A stretch of DNA of 21,348 nucleotides, taken from positions 1-21,348 of the forward strand of contig JBDRPL010000004.1 of assembly GCA_043827025.1 (NCBI GenBank), in the 5' to 3' direction. Positions 7,955-14,616 of the stretch are shown piece after piece. Each line of letters opens with the position of its first letter. Within the stretch, counting starts at the first letter, position 1. The notes beneath the pieces are model-generated. The model saw nothing but the letters and a program-made list of their open reading frames with translations, made no database searches and had not been told where the DNA came from. The position numbers were made by a program, and so were the translations under genes. This stretch comes from Candidatus Micrarchaeota archaeon (GTDB lineage Archaea > Micrarchaeota > Micrarchaeia > Anstonellales > Bilamarchaeaceae).

Positions 7955-9586
7955 TTAATCCATAACCTCAAGAAGCATCCTTCTCATTTCGACTGGTTCC
8001 AGGTCTTCAAGCGCCTTTATTGCAAAACTTAATTTTGCTTCGCTTTCCGCATATAGTGTAAACAGTTTATCTCCTTTTTCGACCCTGTCGCCTCTTATCC
8101 TGTAGAGATAGACGCCTGCTCCCTTGTCTCTTGGAGACCCTGCAATCCTAGTTATTTTGGAGATTGTTTTATTGTCTATGTGGAATATCTTCCCATTTTC
8201 TTTTGCCGTTACTTCGTAAGTATATTTGCCTATTGGCATATCTTCGGATTTTACTCTGGGATCACCGCCCTGCGCCTCAATTATCTCCTTCATTTTCTTG
8301 AGTGCAGCTCCGCTCAACAATGTTTTCTCAGCAATTGCATATCCTTGGCCTTTATTTGCCTTTCCACAAAGTTCAAGCAATTTTCCTGACATTAGGCATG
8401 CCTTGTGCTTCAAATCATCAGGACCTCCACCTTCGAGTACTTGCAATACGTCTCTGCATTCAAGTGCAGCCCCTATCCCATTGCCAACCGGCTCAGCACC
8501 GTCAGTTATTAATGTCTCGATTTTCATTCCTATGTTTGCACCTATTTTTATGAAGTGCTTTGCAAGTTCCTGCGCTCGCGGAACATCAAGGATTTTTGCA
8601 CCACGACCTACAGGTATATCTATCATTATATGTGTTGCACCTACACATTTCTTTTTTCCTAATATGCTTGCAAGCAGCATACCTTCCGGGTCAAGGCGCA
8701 TTGGATTCCTTATCCTTATAAGTTTGTCATCGATAGGTGCTAGCTTCATTCCTCCGCCCCATACTATGGCACCGTAATTCTTGAGCACTATTTCTTTCAA
8801 TTCATCTATTCCAAATCCAACAGGAGCAAGCACTTCCATGGTGTCTGCAGTTCCTGTCGGAGAAGTTATCGCACGTGACGATGTTTTTGGAATGTATAAT
8901 TTAAGCGCCGCTATTATCGGAACAAGCAACATTGTGGTTCGGTTTCCAACTACTCCGCCTATACAATGCTTATCAAGCACCATCTTTACTTTCTTTCCTA
9001 GGTCTAACCTTTCTCCTGATTCGACAGTTGAGTTTGTGAGTGCGATGATTTCGTTGTCCGTGAAACCCCTTATATATGCAGCCGTAACCCATGCAGCAGT
9101 CTCAACCTCGCTGAGTTTGTTTGACATGATATCATCTACAATTACCTTTACTTGTTCTGCATCAAGTTCTTTTCCATCGAGTTTATTCTTCACGTACTCG
9201 ATGGATGCGGGCCGATTCATGTGGATGAGTTCTATTTTTTCGCCATTCTTTATCTTCATAAGCTCATGAATTTCCTTGGTCAGCCCTATCTCTCCTTCTT
9301 TTATGAGCTCGTTTGAGACATCCACCGTTGCAACAAGGAATTTGTTTTTATAGTGTAATTCAGTTCTATATCCCGAATAAACGTCGTATTCTTTTGCCTC
9401 AGCTTCATTCACAATAATTATCTTTGAGTCCGTTCGTATATCTAATATTTTTGCCTTTCCTATGTATGGCTTATATTTCCATACATCCACCTGTTTCTTC
9501 TTGTTTTCTTTGATTTCTTTTGATGAGTATGGGGTAGGATTATGATTCTTATGGTTGCCATTGTGATTTTTGTCATTTTTGTTCAA
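7955..9586 (-). CDS. deoA: AMP phosphorylase (thymidine phosphorylase family), with a low-complexity N-terminal extension
   Basis: DKHCIGGVVGNRTT, IPKTSSRAITSPTGTADTMEVL, IDIPVGRGAK and AGSPRDKGAG. TTG start preceded by GGTG; the start position is uncertain. Confidence 0.95.
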   Translation of the reverse strand: MNKNDKNHNGNHKNHNPTPYSSKEIKENKKKQVDVWKYKPYIGKAKILDIRTDSKIIIVNEAEAKEYDVYSGYRTELHYKNKFLVATVDVSNELIKEGEIGLTKEIHELMKIKNGEKIELIHMNRPASIEYVKNKLDGKELDAEQVKVIVDDIMSNKLSEVETAAWVTAAYIRGFTDNEIIALTNSTVESGERLDLGKKVKMVLDKHCIGGVVGNRTTMLLVPIIAALKLYIPKTSSRAITSPTGTADTMEVLAPVGFGIDELKEIVLKNYGAIVWGGGMKLAPIDDKLIRIRNPMRLDPEGMLLASILGKKKCVGATHIMIDIPVGRGAKILDVPRAQELAKHFIKIGANIGMKIETLITDGAEPVGNGIGAALECRDVLQVLEGGGPDDLKHKACLMSGKLLELCGKANKGQGYAIAEKTLLSGAALKKMKEIIEAQGGDPRVKSEDMPIGKYTYEVTAKENGKIFHIDNKTISKITRIAGSPRDKGAGVYLYRIRGDRVEKGDKLFTLYAESEAKLSFAIKALEDLEPVEMRRMLLEVMD

Positions 9587-9649
9587 GTTAACACCATTGA
9601 ATAGAACGAAAATAAAATTTATATATGAGACTGTTGTAGCGGCAGAGTG

Positions 9650-10570
9650 TCAGAGCTTGATTCCAAGGTGTTTAGTGGCAACTTCAAGTATTGATTGCGG
9701 GGGAATGATTCCAGCTTCAGTTACATATCCGTTGATATATTCTGCAGCAGTAACATCAAAAGCAGGATTTCTTATCTTGAGTTTCTTCGGAGCCTTGTCC
9801 CACACTTCTTTCCTGTCTCTCTCCTCTATTTTCTCAAGGTCTCCAAATATTGTCTTTGATGAGAATTTGAACAATTCTGCAACCGAATAGACTGATATGT
9901 CGTGCATTTGGGCTAGGTGGGCAAGCGTTGAGGTCCCTACCTTGTTTATCAGATCGCCGCGCGAAGTTATGGAATCTGCACCCACAAGACAGATATCTGC
10001 CTTTTTCATGAATATTTCCATTGCGCTGTCAACGACGAGCGTAACATCGATTCCTGCTTCCATGAGTTCAATTGCGGTTTTTCTTCCCTGATATCTGGGC
10101 CTGGTCTCGCATGCAATCACTTTGAATTTTTTTCCAAGCGACTTGGCTTTCTTCAGCACCTTTACTACAGATGACGAGTGACAGTGGGTTATCACCGTTG
10201 CATTGTCTGGTATTAGGTTCGCGCCGTACTGCGCAAGCCTTTTAGAATCTTCATCCATTTTTCTAAGAAGTTCCTTTTCTTTCTGCAGAACCAGTCCTCT
10301 CATTTCTTTCAAGTCACTTGTTTTCATGCTGTTAATTATGAATGCCGTCATGTTTTGGATGGAATTTCTTGCCATTGGTTCTGTAGGTCGTGCATTTGCA
10401 AGGGCGTTTCCGACGCTTTCTATTTCCTTTTCAACCTGTGCAGGAGTCTTTGCCTTTGATTTTATTATTTGGTATGCAAATGCGCTTATTGTAGCCTTTG
10501 CAATGTTCCGCGCACCCTGTATCTTTAGGGATTTTATGTCCTCTATGATTTTTTTGACTTTTTTTTCCAT
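9650..10570 (-). CDS. Ribose-1,5-bisphosphate isomerase (eIF-2B-like family)
   Basis: IKSLKIQGA, ARPTEP, ITHCHSSSV, CETRPRYQG, VGADSI, NKVGT and IRNPAFDVT. Adjacent to AMP phosphorylase. Start taken at ATG 10570 (MEKKVKK). Confidence 0.92.
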   Translation of the reverse strand: MEKKVKKIIEDIKSLKIQGARNIAKATISAFAYQIIKSKAKTPAQVEKEIESVGNALANARPTEPMARNSIQNMTAFIINSMKTSDLKEMRGLVLQKEKELLRKMDEDSKRLAQYGANLIPDNATVITHCHSSSVVKVLKKAKSLGKKFKVIACETRPRYQGRKTAIELMEAGIDVTLVVDSAMEIFMKKADICLVGADSITSRGDLINKVGTSTLAHLAQMHDISVYSVAELFKFSSKTIFGDLEKIEERDRKEVWDKAPKKLKIRNPAFDVTAAEYINGYVTEAGIIPPQSILEVATKHLGIKL

Positions 10571-10593
10571 GATTAAGATTACAAAATTAGGCT

Positions 10594-10628
10594 TAAAAAA
10601 TAGATGGGTGAAGCCTAACGGCTTCACC
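10594..10628 (-). terminator. Hairpin plus T-tract downstream of Lys-rich micro-ORF A
   Basis: Perfect 9-bp stem GGTGAAGCC-N4-GGCTTCACC (10607..10628), followed on the minus strand by CATCTATTTTTT. Confidence 0.55.
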
Positions 10629-10642
10629 GTTCAGATAAGAAA

Positions 10643-10705
10643 TTATCTTTTCTTACCTTTTTTCTTAACTTTTGCTTTTGAAGCTTTCTTCTTTTTTGCT
10701 GCCAT
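10643..10705 (-). CDS. 20-aa Lys-rich micro-protein A, MAAKKKKASKAKVKKKGKKR
   Basis: RBS GGTGA just upstream of ATG 10705, TATTTAAA box near 10746..10739, stop TAA at 10645..10643, and a downstream hairpin/T-tract. Confidence 0.75.
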   Translation of the reverse strand: MAAKKKKASKAKVKKKGKKR

Positions 10706-10931
10706 TTATTTTCACCAACTTTTCTTTTCAGATTAACATTTAAATATGTTTCTAATTTTTTAGAATTTTTGAATGATATATTTGTCAAATAAAAAATTGC
10801 AATGAAAAATTTTAAAAAATTTTTAGCATGTCGAGAACCTTGCGTTCACGAGCACGATCAAGAATGAAAATTTATTCTTAACATTGGAAAATCGATATTT
10901 TTCAATACAAAGAAAAAAAAGATAAAATGCT

Positions 10932-11022
10932 TCAGCAACAGCTGCAGCATCCGCCTTTTCTTGCAGGTTTCTTTTTAACTGTTTTCTTAACTGTTTTTTT
11001 TTGCTTTCTTTTTTGCTACCAT
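10932..11022 (-). CDS. Lys-rich micro-protein B, MVAKKKAKKTVKKTVKKKPARKGGCCSCC (29 aa) if the A9 run is read as A8; as written it stops after MVAKKKAKKNS
   Basis: GGTGAAAATAATG start context nearly identical to micro-protein A, TTTAAA box at 11060..11055, A9 run at 11002..10994, and TGA at 10934..10932 in the +1 frame. Confidence 0.65.
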
Positions 11023-11149
11023 TATTTTCACCATTGGAGCTAACGCTGAGAAGATTTAAATTCTTTGCTCTGTTCTGAAATAGTATTTGAAATAATTTAT
11101 AAAAAATAAAATTAAAAAAAAGAAATCTATTTAATGAAGTTCGCTAAGA

Positions 11150-11210
11150 TTATCCAAACAGCCTTGAACAAAGTTCAAGATTTTCGGGTGCGTTGCGCTT
11201 ACCCGAAAAG
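11150..11210. repeat. Twin hairpins and a duplicated LFG-stop at the 3' end of rpl12
   Basis: CTTGAAC-AAA-GTTCAAG (11163..11179) and TTTTCGGGT...ACCCGAAAA (11181..11209). On the minus strand, CTTTTCGGGTAA recurs as CTGTTTGGATAA 49 nt later. Confidence 0.6.
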
Positions 11211-11513
11211 GTTGGCCAATCCTTCAGCTGCTGCCTCTTCCTTCTTTCCTTCATCTTCTTTCTTTTCTTCCTTCTTTGCTTCAGCTGGTGCTGCGTGTCC
11301 GCCTGCAGGTGCAACTGCTGTTGCAACTATTGCGTTCTTTAGAAGTTCTTCAAAGTTTGCTGACTTTACTGCTTCAGCAAGTACCTTTGCCTTTGCTTCG
11401 TCTGCATCCACCTTTGCAGCTTTTAATACTGCGACTAGTGCGTCCTTTGAAACTTCCTGTCCTGCTCCGTGCAAAAGAAGCACAGCATGCAAATATGGGT
11501 CTACCTTTGTCAT
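11199..11513 (-). CDS. rpl12: 50S ribosomal stalk protein P1 (archaeal L12)
   Basis: YLHAVLLLHGAG, an Ala-rich hinge, an acidic tract and terminal EGLANLFG. GGTG RBS. Confidence 0.97.
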   Translation of the reverse strand: MTKVDPYLHAVLLLHGAGQEVSKDALVAVLKAAKVDADEAKAKVLAEAVKSANFEELLKNAIVATAVAPAGGHAAPAEAKKEEKKEDEGKKEEAAAEGLANLFG

Positions 11514-11524
11514 TCATACCACCT

Positions 11525-12400
11525 TTAATCATTTTTTCTCTCTTCCTTTGGAGCTATCTGCTCAAGAGCCAATCCCTGCAAACTTGCAGCGGCGAGAAGC
11601 TGTTCTATGGAAACCGAAGAGTATAATTTTCCGTTCAATGAAATGTTGACTGATTCCAAGTATGCATTGCTCAACAGCATGTCTATGTTTGCTGCAGTTG
11701 GATACTTTGCATTCATGGATAGATTGAATGAGTCGCGATATGCGTATTTCAAATCTTCATTCAATGTCACATCAACGTCAAGGACGTCTTTCTTGTAAAT
11801 ATATTCTCCATCGTATCCGAAAAGGAAGGTTACGCTGGTCTCAAATGGCATGACATTCAATTTTTGCAATGCCTTGACCTTTTCGTTGGTTATGACCTCG
11901 TCCTTCTTTGCGACTACGCTGTCCTTTGACACTACGATCTTTCCAGCCTTTATTTGGACATTTATCCCTCCTGCTTTCAATTCGGACAATGCCGGACCTG
12001 GAGGGAGATCTGTGTCTCCTGCTGGTACTATAATTTCAAAAGGAGCCTTTTCGCCTGATTTGGCAGCTCTTTTTCTTTTGTTCTCTCTGAAGAACTTGTT
12101 CAGTTCATATGGGGATTGGTTTGTCAATATGAATGCAATCGGCTTGTTGCAGTATTCCTCCATTTTTTGGAGTTTCATCTTTCCAAGCACTCTTTCGGCA
12201 ACAGGCTTCCTTGCAATGATTATTTTTCCCTTGCCATCCCTTATATCCTTCCTCACCTTTTGCAAGAGCGCATCAGGCAATTTTGTCAGGTCTATAAGGG
12301 CAACTGTTTTGTATTTCTTTGCCTCGTGAAGTATCTCATCCACTTTCTTTGCTTTTTCTACAATGTTTTTTTTGTTAACGTCAGTTTTGTAGTCTGTCAT
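11525..12400 (-). CDS. rpl10: 50S ribosomal protein uL10 (P0)
   Basis: AAKSGEKAPFEIIVPAGDTDLPPGPALSEL and GKIVVSKDSVV. GGTGA RBS at 12410..12406 supports ATG 12400. Confidence 0.96.
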   Translation of the reverse strand: MTDYKTDVNKKNIVEKAKKVDEILHEAKKYKTVALIDLTKLPDALLQKVRKDIRDGKGKIIIARKPVAERVLGKMKLQKMEEYCNKPIAFILTNQSPYELNKFFRENKRKRAAKSGEKAPFEIIVPAGDTDLPPGPALSELKAGGINVQIKAGKIVVSKDSVVAKKDEVITNEKVKALQKLNVMPFETSVTFLFGYDGEYIYKKDVLDVDVTLNEDLKYAYRDSFNLSMNAKYPTAANIDMLLSNAYLESVNISLNGKLYSSVSIEQLLAAASLQGLALEQIAPKEERKND

Positions 12401-12471
12401 AAATTTCACCTTAAATTCCATGATTGAAATTTATTATTGACCGAAATTTTCGGTCAATGTCATGTTCACAC

Positions 12472-13107
12472 CTATACCTTTATCGGCTTGCCCATGCTAA
12501 GCTTCACATATACCGATTTTATGTTTGGTTCACTGACCTTGTTCTTGACTGCTTCATATACCGTTTCTGCGTTTTCAAGCAAATCTGCTTCTTCCATTGT
12601 TTCAGTCCCTATGAATGCATGTGCCACTGGGAGGTATTTTCCTTTGGAAACTATTCTCACTGATCTTCTCGTAGCGTCTATTATCTTTGAGATGTCTCCC
12701 ATTATTGGCTTTGGAAGCTTTCCCTTTGGACCGAGATAGGTACCAAGGCTTTTAGCGACTTGACCCATCAATTTTGGTTCTGCAAGAAGTTTGTAGTTCT
12801 TTGCAAGATCCTTGAGTTTTTCCTTTTGCTGTGCGTATGAATCTATCTGGTCAGGCAATATGGTCAATTCCGCGCCTGCCTTTCTTGCATCATTTGCAAT
12901 TGCTTCGTTGGCAATGACTGCGATTTTAGGCATTTTCTCTCCTTTTCCTGCTGGAAGAGGTATATCTAGGTTCAGCCTGTTTTCAGTCTTCGAGAAGTCA
13001 ATACTTCTCATGTTCACCATGAGCTCTACGCTTTGCCTGAATTTTCTTTTTCCTTTGTATTCAAGAGCCTTTTTCAAAGCTCCAAGTAATTTGTTTTTGT
13101 CTGCCAT
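12472..13107 (-). CDS. rpl1: 50S ribosomal protein uL1
   Basis: KRKFRQSVEL, LGTYLGPKGKLPKP, IGTETM and NIKSVYVKLSMGKPIKV. Confidence 0.97.
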   Translation of the reverse strand: MADKNKLLGALKKALEYKGKRKFRQSVELMVNMRSIDFSKTENRLNLDIPLPAGKGEKMPKIAVIANEAIANDARKAGAELTILPDQIDSYAQQKEKLKDLAKNYKLLAEPKLMGQVAKSLGTYLGPKGKLPKPIMGDISKIIDATRRSVRIVSKGKYLPVAHAFIGTETMEEADLLENAETVYEAVKNKVSEPNIKSVYVKLSMGKPIKV

Positions 13108-13115
13108 ATGATTTT

Positions 13116-13144
13116 CCCTCCTACAGATTTGTAGTCCTTGCGGG
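13116..13144 (-). promoter_or_regulatory. Putative uL1-binding autoregulatory RNA in the rpl1 leader, overlapping the RBS
   Basis: The minus strand folds as CCC-GCAAGGA-CUACA-AAUC-UGUAG-GA-GGG: two helices flanking an asymmetric loop with GGAG, like the 23S rRNA L1 site. Confidence 0.6.
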
Positions 13145-13191
13145 TAGAAGATGAGTTTGTACAGATTGGTTTTTAAACCTTAGTTGGAGGC

Positions 13192-13305
13192 TTAGAGGTC
13201 TCCAACCCTTCTTTTCATTCTCTTTTTGATTCTTCTTCTCTTCTTTTTTACCCATTTCCATCTCATTCTATTCTTTTTCTTCCATTTTCTTGGTCTGCTT
13301 CCCAT
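13192..13305 (-). CDS. rpl41e: Ribosomal protein eL41/eS32, long archaeal form (37 aa), [37 protein letters not shown]
   Basis: [18 protein letters not shown] signature, GTGA RBS, and position between rps10 and rpl1. Too short for the ORF track. Confidence 0.9.
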   Translation of the reverse strand: MGSRPRKWKKKNRMRWKWVKKKRRRIKKRMKRRVGDL

Positions 13306-13331
13306 TAATATCACACACTATAGAATTATTA

Positions 13332-13637
13332 TCAGCTTAAGGAAATTCTTACGAAAACATTCGTCGGAACCTTGACCCTTAATATCTGTTTGATATATTT
13401 TTCATCGCCCTCGATGTCTACCAATCGCTTTGAGATCCTCTTTTCCCAATGTTCGTATGTATCGCTTCCATCTCCACAGGGTGTTCTTCTCGTTGTTATG
13501 GAGAGTTTCCTTCTAGGAAGCCTTACAGGACCCTTGAATTTCATGGTTAATGTGGTACTCAATTCCCTGAGTTGTGAAACTACATTATCGAGATCTGCTG
13601 GTTTTTCTCCGCTTAGCTTTATCCTTACCTTTGTCAT
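13332..13637 (-). CDS. rps10: 30S ribosomal protein uS10
   Basis: RIKLSG, GPVRLP, ITTRRTPCGDGSDTYEHWE and SKRLVDI. AGGTG RBS. Confidence 0.96.
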   Translation of the reverse strand: MTKVRIKLSGEKPADLDNVVSQLRELSTTLTMKFKGPVRLPRRKLSITTRRTPCGDGSDTYEHWEKRISKRLVDIEGDEKYIKQILRVKVPTNVFVRISLS

Positions 13638-13720
13638 ATATGCACCTAATAATTATCGATTTAGTATCCTTGTTTTAACTGACAAAGCTATTTAAAGCTA
13701 TTTGTTCGCCTTCGTATCTT

Positions 13721-14545
13721 CTAGTCTTGATCGATGTCAATTTCTGCAGCCAGTATTTTTCCATCGAGTCCGCTGGCATTTTTGGGAGTGGATATTGTCA
13801 TTGCTATGTCTCCTTTTGGAAGTAGTTCCATTGCTTCATCGACTGCTTTTGGATGGACATATGCCCTGCCCGCCGTTTCGTCGATCTTAATGCTGGAGGA
13901 GTAGATCGGTCTCCCATTTATTTCCAATGTTGGATCTATATCTATCCACTGGCCATCCCGAAGTCTTTCGACCCACCAATGACACCCTCATAACCCGTTT
14001 TCGGCATATTCGAATTTGGCATTTCCAACTATTCTTGCCGGGATTCCGTTTGATCTAAGTATTGCTGTCAGAATGGATGCACGGTGAAAACATTGTCCCT
14101 TCATGAGTCTTAGTGCAGCAATTGACCCTGAAGTTGTAATCAGTTCGTGTGTCATATCTGAAGGTTTAATATGCCTGATTCCAAGTGCTACAATTATGTT
14201 TTGGCGCAATATCATCTCTTCATTTATATTCAGAACATGCTATTTATCCATGATAAACTCTGTTGGAATTATTAATCCTGTTGCAAATGTAGGCAATCTG
14301 CTGATTTTACTACGAAATGCTTCAATTGTCATATGTTCATGAAGAGCCTCTGCCATTTCCTCTTCGCTTATTGCAATTATCTGCGGGTTTGAATGCCGTA
14401 ATCCATATTTTTCTTCAATTATCTGGCCAAGGTTGACAACTGTTAGTTTTTTAAATCCTGCTTGAGGTGTTGAGAACCAAACAGTATTCCTTTTTGATTT
14501 GGACAAATCGGGCTTTGCTTTGTGCTTTGCTTTGTATTTTGGCAT
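13721..14545 (-). pseudogene. Transglutaminase-like (Cys-His-Asp) protein gene interrupted by in-frame TAG (14242..14240) and TGA (13990..13988)
   Basis: Three listed ORFs share one frame (275 codons): ...FIMDK*HVLNINEEMILR...GQCFHRASILTAILRSNGIPARIVG...ENGL*GCHWWVE...WIDIDPT... Confidence 0.75.
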
Positions 14546-14616
14546 ATACTTAGTAGATATCTGTGGTAATCATTAAAAAAGTATGCTCTAAAACTGAAAA
14601 AGAAAAAGATAGGATA

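Noticed and set aside
9650..10570. Annotation as translation factor eIF-2B or methylthioribose-1-phosphate isomerase
   Set aside because: Adjacency to AMP phosphorylase and the THCHSS motif favour R15P isomerase.
10571..10627. N-terminal extension of R15P isomerase (MKPLGFTH...) given in the ORF track
   Set aside because: It overlaps the hairpin, T-tract and TATA-like region. Family similarity begins at MEKKVKK (10570).
11134..11649. 171-aa plus-strand ORF and the other antisense ORFs inside long genes (e.g. 8226..8777, 8781..9269, 10203..10736, 11850..12329, 14833..15273, 16864..17286)
   Set aside because: They are shadows of well-supported genes on the opposite strand and show no motifs or RBS.
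13721..14545. Genome-wide stop-codon reassignment
   Set aside because: TAG and TGA end conserved genes at the expected positions (rps10, rpl1, thpR, ABCE1, HD hydrolase).
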